Part shown: in pieces, positions 17,657 through 28,678 of the stretch
Position numbering within the stretch: position 1 is the first letter of the stretch
Layout: every line of letters starts with the position of its first letter
DNA from: an uncultured bacterium
GTDB taxonomy: Bacteria > Chlamydiota > Chlamydiia > Chlamydiales > SM23-39
Assembly (NCBI GenBank): GCA_963716985.1
Contig: OY970323.1
Span: forward strand, 544,001-608,000
Direction: 5' to 3'
DNA length: 64,000 bases
Notes under the pieces: generated by a model
What the model saw: the letters and a program-made list of their open reading frames with translations, nothing else
Told to the model about the DNA's origin: nothing
Databases searched by the model: none
Made by a program: the position numbers and the translations under genes

Positions 17657-19678
17657 ATGCCTAACAAATGGGCCCATTTTTCTTCTGATCATCGAAGACT
17701 TGTCGTGATTTCCATCTTTCTTTTTTTGCTCTTTTGCCTGCTCATCATGCAGTTTTATAAAGTGCAGATCATCGAAGGGGAAAAATGGGCAGAACAAGGA
17801 AGAGCGCAGCATGAGCATCTGGTCATCGAGCCCTTTATGCGTGGCTCTTTTTTTTCCAACACATCCGTGAAAGAGGGACAGCCGCAGGAAGATCTTGCCT
17901 TTGTCATGGATGTTTTGAAGTTCCATCTTTTCATTGATCCCGAAGCCCTTCCCGATCCTCTGAAATCAGAGATTGCGAAAAAGATTTTTGCATTTTGTCC
18001 TCTATCTTCTCAAGAAGAGAGAGAAAAGGTTTTGCACTCCTTCTTTCGAAAAAGCAGGTCGCGCAAGATTGTCTCTTGGATGGATCGAAACACGAAAGAA
18101 AAGATCCTTCAATGGTGGACTCCTTACGCGAAAAAACATAAAATTGCTTCCAATGCAATTTTCTTCGTTCAGGATTTTAAACGCTCCTATCCTTTCTCCT
18201 CTCTTCTAGGACAGGTTCTTCATACGGTGCAGCAACAGAGGGATCCCACAAGCTTTCAAAATATTCCGACGGGAGGCCTTGAGCTCTACTTCCAAAAAGT
18301 TCTCTCGGGAAAACTCGGGAAAAGGGTCATTCTGCGCTCTCCCAGGCATCCTCTCGATACGGGAAGAGTGATCCAAAATCCTGAAAACGGCGCCGATATT
18401 TATTTAACGGTCAACCACTACCTGCAAGCCATTGCCGAGGAGGAGCTCAAAATCGGCATCGAAAAGATCCATGCAAAGGGGGGATGGGCGTTGATGATGG
18501 ATCCTGTGAGCGGAGAAATTTTGTGCGCCGCTCAATATCCCTCTTTTGATCCAACCCGTTATCGGGAATACTTTAATAATCCCGCATTGGAGCAGCACAC
18601 GCGCATCAAGGTAGTCAGCGATGCTTTTGAGCCAGGAAGTATTTTTAAGCCCATAACACTTGCCATCTGCTTCAAGGCAAATGAAGAGCTAATCCGGGCC
18701 GGAAAAGCCCCTCTTTTTTCTCCTCAAGAAAAGATCGCCACATCCAATGGAAAAGTTCCGGGAAGGGCCGCTCCGATCAAAGATGGACATAGGCACAATT
18801 TTCTGAATATGTATTTAGGGCTGCAAAAGTCTTCGAACGTCTACATGTCGAAGCTGATCCTTCGAGTGGTCGAGCGCATGGGAGATGAATGGTATCGAAA
18901 AGCGCTTGTCGATCTGTTTGGGTTTGGATTCAATACCAATATCCAGCTGCCGGGAGAAAATCCCGGAAAAGTCCCCACTCCGGGCAAGCTTCATCCCAAC
19001 GGAAAGCTGGAATGGTCTCTGTCGACTCCCTATTCTCTTGCGATGGGGCATAATATTCTGGTCTCCAGCATGCAAATGATCAAAAATTATGCCATGATCG
19101 CCAATGGAGGATGGGAGGTGCATCCGACGCTTGTGCGGAAGATCGTGAAGAAAAAGGTCTCGGGCGAAGAAGAGGTTTTTTATGAGCACAAGGTGAACGT
19201 GCATGAGAGAAAAAGAATATTATCAAGCGCAAGCACGAAAGAGATCGTTAAGGCCATGAAGTTTGTGACCAAGCCCGGAGGAACGTCGCCGTGGGCAGAT
19301 GTGGAAGGATATACCGAAGCCGGAAAGACCGGCACTTCAGAAAAAATCATCGATGGGAATTATTCTCATCAGCATTATATTTCTTCTTTCATCGGGATGG
19401 CTCCGGCAGACCGTCCGCGATTTGTTCTTATGGTTGTTGTCGATGAGCCGGAAGTAAAATACATTCCCGGCATGGGAAAATCCTATATGGGAGGCGTTTG
19501 CGCAGGCCCCATCTTTCGAGAAATTGCCAAACGCTCTTTGCAATATTTAGGAGTTGTTCCCGATGATCCTTTTGGGTATCCTTTTGGCGATCCCAGGCGG
19601 GATCCTAAGAAAGTTGACTGGATGAATGAGGTAAAAGAGATGAATGAACTCTATCATCGATGGAACGGGGGATCTTAA
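17657..19678 (+). CDS. ftsI: Penicillin-binding protein 3
   Basis: SxxK (GSIFK), SSN and KTGT motifs; N-terminal TM. Confidence 0.93.
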   Translation: MPNKWAHFSSDHRRLVVISIFLFLLFCLLIMQFYKVQIIEGEKWAEQGRAQHEHLVIEPFMRGSFFSNTSVKEGQPQEDLAFVMDVLKFHLFIDPEALPDPLKSEIAKKIFAFCPLSSQEEREKVLHSFFRKSRSRKIVSWMDRNTKEKILQWWTPYAKKHKIASNAIFFVQDFKRSYPFSSLLGQVLHTVQQQRDPTSFQNIPTGGLELYFQKVLSGKLGKRVILRSPRHPLDTGRVIQNPENGADIYLTVNHYLQAIAEEELKIGIEKIHAKGGWALMMDPVSGEILCAAQYPSFDPTRYREYFNNPALEQHTRIKVVSDAFEPGSIFKPITLAICFKANEELIRAGKAPLFSPQEKIATSNGKVPGRAAPIKDGHRHNFLNMYLGLQKSSNVYMSKLILRVVERMGDEWYRKALVDLFGFGFNTNIQLPGENPGKVPTPGKLHPNGKLEWSLSTPYSLAMGHNILVSSMQMIKNYAMIANGGWEVHPTLVRKIVKKKVSGEEEVFYEHKVNVHERKRILSSASTKEIVKAMKFVTKPGGTSPWADVEGYTEAGKTGTSEKIIDGNYSHQHYISSFIGMAPADRPRFVLMVVVDEPEVKYIPGMGKSYMGGVCAGPIFREIAKRSLQYLGVVPDDPFGYPFGDPRRDPKKVDWMNEVKEMNELYHRWNGGS

Positions 19679-21145
19679 GTGAAATTAAAAAACCTCTTCA
19701 GCAACATTCGAGATTTGCATTGGGTGGGGTCCAAAGAGATAGAAATTTCCGGCCTTTGCAACGATTCGAGACGAGCGGCCCCCGGCAATCTTTTCCTTGC
19801 TAAACGGGGTCATGCCTTCGACGGCACTGCGTTCATTCCCGAAGCTGTTTCCAACGGAGCGATTGCTGTTTTGACCGATTGGGCCGATCCCTTTTTAGAT
19901 AAAAAGATTGTGCAGATCATTCATCCGGATGCTTCTCTGATCGAGAGCGAGATCTCCGCCCGTTATTATGGCTTTCCAAGTCGTGAACTTTTTCTTGTAG
20001 GAGTCACGGGGACGAGCGGAAAAACGACCAGCTGCTATTTGATCCGGCATCTCTTGGAGAAGAGCGGCATCTCCTGTGGGTTGATGGGCACCGTAGAAAT
20101 CATCGCGGGAAAGATGGTCTACCCCTCCTCTATGACGACCTTTGATGCTCTGACCAATCAAAAGCTGATGAGGGAAATGGTCAATGGGGGGAATAAAGCC
20201 TGTGTGATGGAGGTCTCTTCCCATGGACTGGACCAGGGAAGGGTGGGACACATCGAATTCAATGCAGCGCTTTTTACCAACCTCACCCATGAGCATCTCG
20301 ATTACCATCAGACGATGGATCTCTATTTTTCTTCGAAGCAAAAGCTTTTTACCGCTCTTTTGCAATCGAAAAAAGGAAGAAAGACCTTTGCCCTTTTAAA
20401 CGCCGATTCTCCCTATAGCGAGCGGATACGCCAAGGCTGTTTGGCCGAGATTTTGACCTATGGAATCCACGCTAAAGCCGACCTTCTGGCAAGCATGATC
20501 GAATCGAGCGTGAAAGGAACGAAAGTTTGCCTTTCCTACCAAAACCAAAGTGAAACTTTTTCCACGCCCTTGATAGGCACATATAATGTATCGAACCTTC
20601 TTAGCGCCGTCTCGGTAGGGCTTTCCCTTGGACTAACTCTTCATGAAATGAAAGGGGTCTTTTCTGATTGTCCGCAAATTCCCGGAAGATTGGAGCGCGT
20701 TATACAGAAACACCCTTTTTCCGTTTTTGTCGATTATGCGCATAAAATCGATGCTTTAGAGCAGGTGCTGCTCTGTTTGCGGCAAGTTGCCAGAGCCCGG
20801 ATCTTGACGCTCTTTGGATGCGGAGGGGACCGCGATCGAGAAAAAAGACCGCGTATGGCGCAAGTGGCCGAAAAGCTTTCCGATTTCGTCGTTGTTACCT
20901 CGGACAATCCGCGATCTGAAGATCCGCAGGCGATTGTCGACGAGATCCTTCCCGGTTTTTCCTCCTCGAGATATCTCGTGGAATTGGATCGACGGTTGGC
21001 CATTGAAAAGATTTGTCAAATGGGGCGAAAAGATGACGTGGTTTTGATTGCAGGAAAAGGACACGAGGCCTATCAGATTTTTGCTCATAAGCGGCAGGAG
21101 TTTGACGATCGAAAAATAGCCAAGGAAGTGTGCGATGCTCTTTAG
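19679..21145 (+). CDS. murE: UDP-MurNAc-tripeptide synthetase
   Basis: GVTGTSGKTT, MEVSSH, DYAH, DNPR (mDAP specificity), AGKGHE. Confidence 0.96.
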   Translation: MKLKNLFSNIRDLHWVGSKEIEISGLCNDSRRAAPGNLFLAKRGHAFDGTAFIPEAVSNGAIAVLTDWADPFLDKKIVQIIHPDASLIESEISARYYGFPSRELFLVGVTGTSGKTTSCYLIRHLLEKSGISCGLMGTVEIIAGKMVYPSSMTTFDALTNQKLMREMVNGGNKACVMEVSSHGLDQGRVGHIEFNAALFTNLTHEHLDYHQTMDLYFSSKQKLFTALLQSKKGRKTFALLNADSPYSERIRQGCLAEILTYGIHAKADLLASMIESSVKGTKVCLSYQNQSETFSTPLIGTYNVSNLLSAVSVGLSLGLTLHEMKGVFSDCPQIPGRLERVIQKHPFSVFVDYAHKIDALEQVLLCLRQVARARILTLFGCGGDRDREKRPRMAQVAEKLSDFVVVTSDNPRSEDPQAIVDEILPGFSSSRYLVELDRRLAIEKICQMGRKDDVVLIAGKGHEAYQIFAHKRQEFDDRKIAKEVCDAL

Positions 21146-21800
21146 AAAAAAACTTGCGTTTTTTGCGCTTTTCATTTTTTTCCCCTTTTCGATGCAGCTT
21201 TTTTCTGCAGAGCCTGCATTGAAGCGCCATGCACGTGCAGCATACCCTCTCATTGTCCTGGATCCCGGCCATGGAGGATATAATGTCGGAGCGAGGGGAA
21301 AAAAACCTTCTTGTGAAGAAAAAAAACTCGCTTTATTGACGGCAAAAATGACCAAAAGACATTTAGAAGATCTCGGTTATCGCGTGGTTTTGACCCGATC
21401 GAGCGATTTTTTTGTCCCTTTAGAAAGACGCGTTTTTATTGCCAACCATTCTCGAGGGGAGCTTTTCGTCAGCATCCATTTCAATTCTTGCCCCAGCAAA
21501 GAGGTGCAGGGCATCGAAATCTATTATACCGAGTCTCAAGAGAACAAGCGGCGCTCCTTGGATTCCAAAAAGCTTGCGCATGCGGTTTTAGGGAAAACGG
21601 TGTTGCGCACGAATGCTCTTTCTCGGGGCGTTCGATCTGCGAATTTTTACGTGACTCGAGAGACCAACATACCCGCCGTTTTGGTGGAGGGGGGGTATAT
21701 CACCAATCTTGCAGAGCGCAAGCAGCTGCGCAGCCGCGATCATTTAGAAAAGATCGCCTCCGGCATTGCCGAGGGCATCCACCATTACTATCGCTCATAA
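21135..21800 (+). CDS. amiA: N-acetylmuramoyl-L-alanine amidase
   Basis: LDPGHGG, FVSIHFN, AVLVEGG (Amidase_3). Confidence 0.93.
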   Translation: MLFRKKLAFFALFIFFPFSMQLFSAEPALKRHARAAYPLIVLDPGHGGYNVGARGKKPSCEEKKLALLTAKMTKRHLEDLGYRVVLTRSSDFFVPLERRVFIANHSRGELFVSIHFNSCPSKEVQGIEIYYTESQENKRRSLDSKKLAHAVLGKTVLRTNALSRGVRSANFYVTRETNIPAVLVEGGYITNLAERKQLRSRDHLEKIASGIAEGIHHYYRS

Positions 21801-21847
21801 GATTTCCGCGGTTTGGAGCCTCTATAGATTCGCCTGAGTTGGAGAAC

Positions 21848-23232
21848 CTGATCCTTACACACAAGTCTAAAATTTAGTATACTGTTCCTTTTTTAAAAGG
21901 AGCGGTATCATGAAAGAACAATGGATTTATGAACAATTTTCTACTATCGATGTAGGAGATGCCCGCCTGCAAAAGAGGGCCGTTGACGTTGCTATAGGTT
22001 GCGCAGAACATCCTGAAGAGTCCCTGGCAGGACGCTTTGATAAATGGGCAGATCTCCAGGGAACTTACCGCTTTTTTAATAATCCTAAAATTACACATCA
22101 GGCGCTTCAACAACCCCATTACGATCAAGTCTTAGAAAAGGCGCGCTGGTCGGAACAGCTTGTTCTATTTATTCAAGATGGTTCAGAGCTTTTGTTCAAT
22201 TCCCATCCATGGACACATGGACTTGGACCAACCGCGGACAGTAACGGAAATGGACTCATGTTTCACTCATGCCTGGTCGCCAAATATCATGAATCTGAAG
22301 AAACCGAAATTTTGGGACTTGGTTACCAGGAGGCTTGGGTGCGTCCCGAAGAAAAATCGGCGAGTGATTCGAAAGAATCTGAGGTGTGGCTGAGGACGTT
22401 AGAGAAAATGGGACGTCCCCAGGAGAACTGGGTGAGCGTTGGCGATCGCGCCAATGATATTTATGATTTTTTGAATAATGCAAATAGGCTGGGGTGGAAA
22501 TGTGTAGTGCGGGCGCGACATGATCGCAAAGTCGAGATTGATGGCGAGAAGACACGTCTTTTTTCATGGATTCGTCAACAGACAGCCAAGTGTACATCCA
22601 CGCTGTATGTGAAAGCAAAAGGCGAAGAATTTGGTGGTGAAGTGACACTGGAAATAACTTGGGTCAAAGCGAAATTGTTTCCTCCAGGAAATGGGGGTTC
22701 AGCAGGTGAAGAAGTGACGTATATTCGAGTGTGGTGTCCCGATAGGCCCAGGTTAGAATGGCTATTGGTTACGAATCTTCCTGTCAACAATCAAGAAGAC
22801 TCCCTAAGAATCGTCAGAATCTACCGCCGACGCTGGCTTATAGAGGATTATCATAAGGCGGTCAAAACGGGCTTTCGAATCGAAGATAATCAGCTTAAAC
22901 AGGCGAGCCGAATTCTTGCACTATTTGGAATGATTGGGGTGATAGCGACGCAACTTTTATCGATGAGAGAACAATGTCGGTTGTCTCCGGAAACACCGGT
23001 CGAGGAAAAAGTGCCCAAGCCTTGGATTACGCTCATAGAAAGGCATCTGATGGTGAAATTGAAAACGGTGAAAGATTTCTGGCGTTCTCTGGCTCGTATG
23101 GGGGGTTTTATAGGGCGCAAATCAGATGGGGAGCCTGGGTGGCAAACAATTTGGAAGGGTTATAAACGATTGCAAGACATGTTAATGGGAGCGCTTTTAG
23201 GTTGTGGATGTTGACTTGTGTATAAGGATCAG
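21848..23232 (+). mobile_element. IS4-family (IS50/Tn5-like) insertion sequence, intact
   Basis: 20-bp TIRs CTGATCCTTACACACAAGTC / GACTTGTGTATAAGGATCAG resembling IS50 ends; 10-bp target duplication GTTGGAGAAC (21838-21847, 23233-23242). Confidence 0.95.
21910..23214 (+). CDS. IS4-family transposase
   Basis: GDARL, YREK motif (YRRRWLIEDYHKAVK), GGFIGRKSDGEPGWQTIWKG. Confidence 0.95.
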   Translation: MKEQWIYEQFSTIDVGDARLQKRAVDVAIGCAEHPEESLAGRFDKWADLQGTYRFFNNPKITHQALQQPHYDQVLEKARWSEQLVLFIQDGSELLFNSHPWTHGLGPTADSNGNGLMFHSCLVAKYHESEETEILGLGYQEAWVRPEEKSASDSKESEVWLRTLEKMGRPQENWVSVGDRANDIYDFLNNANRLGWKCVVRARHDRKVEIDGEKTRLFSWIRQQTAKCTSTLYVKAKGEEFGGEVTLEITWVKAKLFPPGNGGSAGEEVTYIRVWCPDRPRLEWLLVTNLPVNNQEDSLRIVRIYRRRWLIEDYHKAVKTGFRIEDNQLKQASRILALFGMIGVIATQLLSMREQCRLSPETPVEEKVPKPWITLIERHLMVKLKTVKDFWRSLARMGGFIGRKSDGEPGWQTIWKGYKRLQDMLMGALLGCGC

Positions 23233-23373
23233 GTTGGAGAACGCTTTCAAAAGCAATTATATTTTTTTAAATTATCATCTGTTTTTTCATTAATCAAATG
23301 CTCCAATTCTGCAAATTAAAATTTTTATTGCTAAAATAAATAAAAACCAGTAATTTAATTAAATAGGCGCAAA

Positions 23374-24033
23374 ATGCGGCAAAAGGAGAAGTTTATGTCG
23401 GTAAGTCCCTGGAAGAAAATGTGGTTTCATCCACGAAAGGCCATTCAATCCATTGTGGCAATTTCCCCCAATTATGGTTTGAAGATGTTATCATTTATCT
23501 ATGGTATTGTTTCATTGTCTGGTCTGGCGCAGGCTTTTTCACTGGGTTCTTATGTAGGTTTTTTACCCTTAATTCTTCTCCTATTAATCATCGCGCCCTT
23601 TTGGGGATATCTTACCTTTACCTTCATTTCGTGGATCGTTTATCAAGTAGGAAAATGGTTGAAGGGACGTGCTTCCTACACGGAAGTAAGAGCGGTGATT
23701 GCTTGGGCCAACCTTCCCATCATAGTGACTCTTGTCATCGGCTTGTGTTTTCTCTTAAGTTTTGGAGAAACGTTCTTTCAAGGCTTCTCCAACACTTATC
23801 TTTTGAATTATCACATGTATGTGCAGCTCTTTATTCTTTCTTTGGGGCAGATAGGGGTCGGAATCTGGTCGATTGTAATATGTGTGTTAGCCCTTTCGCA
23901 GGTTCAAAAATTTTCCATTGGCAAGGCCATTGGCAATCTTCTCATTGTATCGGCTTTTGTGATCGCAGCAGCTATACTCATTAGTCTGCTTGTTTTATGG
24001 GGACTGGTTAGCAAGGGAGTATATGCAATTTAA
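23374..24033 (+). CDS. YIP1-family membrane protein
   Basis: W..MW.HP motif and five TM helices; start may be 23395. Confidence 0.75.
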   Translation: MRQKEKFMSVSPWKKMWFHPRKAIQSIVAISPNYGLKMLSFIYGIVSLSGLAQAFSLGSYVGFLPLILLLLIIAPFWGYLTFTFISWIVYQVGKWLKGRASYTEVRAVIAWANLPIIVTLVIGLCFLLSFGETFFQGFSNTYLLNYHMYVQLFILSLGQIGVGIWSIVICVLALSQVQKFSIGKAIGNLLIVSAFVIAAAILISLLVLWGLVSKGVYAI

Positions 24034-24197
24034 AAGAAGATCTCTTTGGGAGTGATTTTTAAGCAGTTGCAGCTCCTTTTGTTCTTGGACCGACCGTCAT
24101 CTTGAAAATGGGATAAGGGGTTGTTTGGTAGTCTCTCAAGGAGGACACCCAAGAAGATCGAGAAGCTGCTTTTTTATCCTGGCTATTGCCGTGTGCT

Positions 24198-24565
24198 GGG
24201 TCTATAAAATTGGCGAGTTGCAAGCCCGCGCAAAGTGCCCATCACAATTAAAAAACATGGTGAAAGCTGAAAAGTATTTTTCGCTTGGGCCTTGACCTGA
24301 TCCGCCGAGGTCTATTCAGAGACGATCCTTCTCTCTTGGAGGGGTTGACTGTTTTCCACTATTTAGGACTCGCTAGCAAGGAAGCTGTTATATGAAATCA
24401 TCATTTTTTTTGTGTTCAGAGAGACCTGCCTAATGCAAGTATCTTATATCCAATTGCTTATTTTTTCAAAACCCCTGGTTATTGAATGCTAACGGCTTGA
24501 AAAAATTAAATTCTTAATCCGCTTGTAATTAATAATTTGAAATCTCTAAATAATGGAAATATTTG
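24198..24565 (+). repeat. Tandem-duplication unit, upstream region of copy 1 (resumes at 27624 after two IS)
   Basis: Colinear similarity to 28237-28610. Confidence 0.85.
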
Positions 24566-25947
24566 GGTTCATCCGACAAATGCGTACCTGGACTCATGTA
24601 GATGATAAAGTCGTAATTTAAAATATTCCATATCTCGAAAGCCATACGCTTGCCTTTTCATCGTTTTAATCTTGTTGTTTATGCCCTCTGCTCCGGCGTT
24701 TGAAATGCGATGTTTGAAATAGTTCAACAGCCCTATCTTATATCGGTGCAACGTTTTGACCACCCGTCTTAGTGGCTTCAATCCCGTTGCCAAGGCGTCG
24801 ATTCCCCACATGGTCAGAAAATGTTCCGCATCTTCCACGGAATCTTTCTTCCAGAAAAGCTGAAACTGTTCTTTTAAAGAATGAGCCAAATATAATGGCG
24901 CATTCACTGTAAGTAAAACATCCAGTCGCGTTTTGTTTTCCAAGTCTAAATTGTCATAATTCGTCAGGAACAAAAACCGACTTCCCTTCAGCGCCTTCGC
25001 ATCATTCCCATTCAGATTCTGTTGCTGATCTTTTCTTACTTCGTCTAGAGCTTTGTTCAATATAGCGGTCACATGAAAATGGTCGAATACCACATCCACA
25101 TTCGGCAAAAATTCTTGCGCTGCTGAATAGTACGATGTGCTCATGTCCATGGCGATTGCCTTCAGTTTGGGCGCGCGCTTTGCCAGCTTCTTGAAAAATG
25201 GAGCAACAGCTTCTACAGTTCTTCCCTCTACAGAATGAATAATTCTTCCCGACCGAAGATCTGTGAAAACCGTCATATATTCATGCCCTTTTCGTATGCT
25301 AAATTCATCGACGGTAATGTATTCCAAATCTTCCAGAGAGATTGTTTTATAGAGCGCTGCCAATTTTTCTTTGTGAATTCTTTTGACGACATTCCAGCTG
25401 ATGTTGAGGAAACGCGAGACATCCAGGAGAGTGCTGAAATGCAAAAGATCCAACACGTGTGCCATCATTGAGCGTACCATTCGAAATTTGCCTTTCATAA
25501 AAGGCAATTGAGGCCACCATGTACGGCCACATTGAGGACATTCGACTCGGTGTAACAGCGCATTCAGAAAGCATGGCTTGCCGCCAAATGGAACCATTTT
25601 AAATAGTCGCCTTTTCTGTCCTTTGAAATTTGTGTGTATCCATCCGCATTTGCATTGAGGGGGATCGACCATTTCGGCGTAGATCGTAATCGTTCCCGCT
25701 TCAAATTTGGTAGAATGGTATTGAACTCCACTGATTCCATATGCATGATACAAAAGAGAAGTAGACATAAAAGAAGCCTCCCCGCAAGGGTGTTGGTTAC
25801 AAGCTCCTTTTATACGTCTACTTCTTTTGTTTCTGCCAGCTTTTCAAAATCTCTCATAACTCATAACGCTCTTATAATCAATGTCTTTAAAAATCTATGG
25901 ATTTAACGCTTTTTCCTGGCTATAGGTACGCATTTGTCGGATGAACC
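24566..25947 (-). mobile_element. ISL3-family IS, copy 1 (1382 bp)
   Basis: 24-bp TIR GGTTCATCCGACAAATGCGTACCT; 8-bp TSD AATATTTG. Confidence 0.95.
24569..25768 (-). CDS. ISL3-family transposase
   Basis: Zn-finger cysteines; VDEF, AMDMS, FDHFH and EGINNKIKTMKRQAYGFRD motifs. Confidence 0.95.
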   Translation of the reverse strand: MSTSLLYHAYGISGVQYHSTKFEAGTITIYAEMVDPPQCKCGWIHTNFKGQKRRLFKMVPFGGKPCFLNALLHRVECPQCGRTWWPQLPFMKGKFRMVRSMMAHVLDLLHFSTLLDVSRFLNISWNVVKRIHKEKLAALYKTISLEDLEYITVDEFSIRKGHEYMTVFTDLRSGRIIHSVEGRTVEAVAPFFKKLAKRAPKLKAIAMDMSTSYYSAAQEFLPNVDVVFDHFHVTAILNKALDEVRKDQQQNLNGNDAKALKGSRFLFLTNYDNLDLENKTRLDVLLTVNAPLYLAHSLKEQFQLFWKKDSVEDAEHFLTMWGIDALATGLKPLRRVVKTLHRYKIGLLNYFKHRISNAGAEGINNKIKTMKRQAYGFRDMEYFKLRLYHLHESRYAFVG

Positions 25948-25956
25948 AATATTTGT

Positions 25957-27608
25957 TGTTAGCGTTTTATTGAAATGTCCTCTTTTTGCGTTTTATTGAA
26001 ATGTCCGCATTTAGAGGAATAGCGACATTGTTACTTCTTTATAAGAATAATTTTAACATTTATTTATTAAAAAATCCAGGTCTTTTCAAAGGGAGAGCGC
26101 GAGAGGGTTTCCCTCTCGCCTCCCTCTTTAAATGATTATCTAGAGCCCAACCGAAGGGCGGGAGCAAAGGTGCTCGGCAATTGCCCCTCCTCCCTTATTC
26201 AAACTGAGGGACTCTTTTAGCAAGCGAGCTTATGTTTATTTGAAAAGCCTCTGGGTCCTCGCTTCCAAGGATGTCGACGACTTGGGCGATAACGGCAGCG
26301 CTCTTTTCGTTCAGCCAACTTCACTATCAATTCTTTTGCACTAACCACTTCTGTTTGTGCTTGCATTTTGTGGTGTGGTACTGCTGTGAGTTGTTTACCT
26401 CGATATTCGATGGAAACAACTCCGTCTTTTGTCTCCAAAACGGTAACCTCGGCATTTCTCAGAATGTATTCGTGACAAGGTGCTATCACTTGATAAATCA
26501 CATTGTCGTATTGTAGAGTTAGATTTTTGGACAATCTGCGATTGGCCTTGAGGCAAAATATCTTGTCTAGGCTGTATGAGGGTAATAAGGGTTTATGCGC
26601 GTTGCTCGGATCTTTCGGTGCTTTGGCGAATTTTTGATTAAACTTGAGTAGAAATGATGGTAAAAATGCATTTGCAGCCTCGATGTCGCAGATCTTGGCT
26701 ATACGCATCGCTTTGATCAATCGATTCTGAAAGTCCCGATTGCGCCTTTCAACGCGCCCTTTTGCCTGTGGTGAATTGGCGCAGATCAGTGTTATGTCCA
26801 GCTCTTCCATGGCTCTGCCGAATTGAGTTCTTCCATCTCCAGTTAAAGCGCCTTCATGGTTCACTCGAAAAACACTATGTTTGTCCGGATAAAACGCCTC
26901 TGGTCTACCATGCTTTTCAATGTATTCTCGGGTTGCCTGGAAGTAGTCAAATGTATTTTCAGATTTCACAAATTTCAAATGCATTGTCTTACTCGTTGCA
27001 TCATCGATGAATACCAGGAGAGTGCATCGCGGTCCCCGGCCTTCGAACCAGTCGTGCTCCGAGCCGTCGAGCTGAATGAGCTCGCCCATTTTTGATCGTC
27101 TCTGTCTCAATGGATGTACTTTCAATTCCCGGATTTCATTTGGATGCCACAGGCCATTTTCGATCATCACTCTACGCACTGCGCTAACCGAAAATTTCGC
27201 CGCTCCGCTTTCAATCAAATACTCATGGGCCAGGGTGGGACCAAAATCGCGATGGTCTTCCTGCTTGAAGAACTCTAAAATTTGAGCCTTTTTTTCTTGA
27301 GAAAGCCGGCGATTGCCTGGAACTCCCACTTTCCCGGAAACGATCCCTTTTGGGCCTTCAACCCTCAATCTCTTCAATAAACGCCTAAACTGCCTGGGAC
27401 TTATTCCTAAACTCCGGGCGCCTTTTGATTGCTTTAACCGGCCTTCTTTGACAGCTGTAAAAACTTCTAATCTCGTTAATTCCCTGAAACTCATTGACAT
27501 ACGCTCCTCCATTTGATCGCCTCCTCATTGGTAATCAACAACTTGTGATTACCAGAAAGAGGACATTTCTAAAAAACGGAAAGCGGACATTTTAAAAAAA
27601 CGCTAATA
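25957..27608 (-). mobile_element. IS1202-type (ISNCY) IS with long target duplication
   Basis: Ends TGTTAGCGTTTTATTGAAATGTCC / GGACATTTTAAAAAAACGCTAATA with repeated AAATGTCC sites; 15-bp TSD TGAACCAATATTTGT (25942-25956, 27609-27623). Confidence 0.88.
26217..27512 (-). CDS. IS1202/ISNCY-type DDE transposase
   Basis: GELIQLDGSEHDW, IDDATS, QFGRAM, SPQAKGRVER, C-terminal HPWK. Confidence 0.92.
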   Translation of the reverse strand: MEERMSMSFRELTRLEVFTAVKEGRLKQSKGARSLGISPRQFRRLLKRLRVEGPKGIVSGKVGVPGNRRLSQEKKAQILEFFKQEDHRDFGPTLAHEYLIESGAAKFSVSAVRRVMIENGLWHPNEIRELKVHPLRQRRSKMGELIQLDGSEHDWFEGRGPRCTLLVFIDDATSKTMHLKFVKSENTFDYFQATREYIEKHGRPEAFYPDKHSVFRVNHEGALTGDGRTQFGRAMEELDITLICANSPQAKGRVERRNRDFQNRLIKAMRIAKICDIEAANAFLPSFLLKFNQKFAKAPKDPSNAHKPLLPSYSLDKIFCLKANRRLSKNLTLQYDNVIYQVIAPCHEYILRNAEVTVLETKDGVVSIEYRGKQLTAVPHHKMQAQTEVVSAKELIVKLAERKERCRYRPSRRHPWKRGPRGFSNKHKLAC

Positions 27609-27690
27609 TGAACCAATATTTGTTTTACAAATTATTTTATTATTGTTATAATTATATTATAAAAAATAAAAATAGGCAAAAGATTTTATT

Positions 27691-28143
27691 ATGTCCTTCA
27701 CGGTAACAAGAGAAATTATAGCAGATTTGGATTGCCACAAGCAAATGAATATTAGTTTGTGTGATATTCGCGAGGTTGATAAAGAAAGGGAAATCCACAA
27801 AATTATTATTGGTTCTGTTTTTAAACGCTGTTTGAATTGCGTAGCCTATTCCCGCAGCTGGCTCAAAGCACATTTCCGCTGTTGTAAGCTTAATTTCTGC
27901 TTTTGGAGGCTCGGTACGCAATACCCTAGGCGATACATAATACTAAAACTTAAATCTGTATGGATAGAAGAACAAGATTTGCGCAACGCAATTGAAAAGA
28001 AGAATCAATATTTCGTTGTGGAAAAGGGGGATATTGCAGGGCTGAATCCTAAGGCTGTGGATGAAGTAAGGGTAAAGAGATTTGGACCTGTAACCTCACT
28101 TGAGGTAGTAAAGATTCCCAAAGAGCAAATGCAGGAAGTGTAA
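27691..28143 (+). CDS. Hypothetical protein, paralog A
   Basis: Shares SVFK, AYSR, KKNQYFVV and VTSLEVVK with 28679-29266. Confidence 0.7.
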   Translation: MSFTVTREIIADLDCHKQMNISLCDIREVDKEREIHKIIIGSVFKRCLNCVAYSRSWLKAHFRCCKLNFCFWRLGTQYPRRYIILKLKSVWIEEQDLRNAIEKKNQYFVVEKGDIAGLNPKAVDEVRVKRFGPVTSLEVVKIPKEQMQEV

Positions 28144-28236
28144 CATCATTTCTGTAAACTGCCGCATTCTTAAGTCTTTAAAAATGAGCTATATAATCAT
28201 TTCATTCTAGGTCTTCTCCAGCCACGCCGTCGGGTC

Positions 28237-28678
28237 GGGCCTATAAAATTGGCGAGTTGCAAGCGCGCAAAGTGCCCTCCACAATTAAAAAACATGGGTA
28301 AAAGCTGAAAAGCATTTTTCGCTTGTCTTGATCTGATCAGCCGAGTTCTCTTCGGGGAGGGGCCTTCTCTTTTGGAGGGGTTGACTGTCTTCCATTATTC
28401 AGGATTCGCCAGCAAAGGAGCTTTTATTTGAAATCGTTTTTTGCTGTGTATAGAGTGAGTCTGTTAAAATATGTCTGCCATAAGTATCTTGTATTCAGTG
28501 GATTATTTTTTCAAAAATCACTAGTCAGTTAGTGCTAATGGCTTAAGAAAATTAAATCCTTAATTCTATCGTAATTAATTGGTTAAAATATCTAAATAAT
28601 AGAAAGAATTCATTTACAAATTATTTTATAATTGTTATAATTATATTATAAAAACATTAAAATAGGCTGGGGGACTTT
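28237..28678 (+). repeat. Tandem-duplication unit, upstream region of copy 2 (uninterrupted)
   Basis: Similar to 24198-24565 plus 27624-27690, including TTGTTATAATTATATTATA. Confidence 0.85.
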
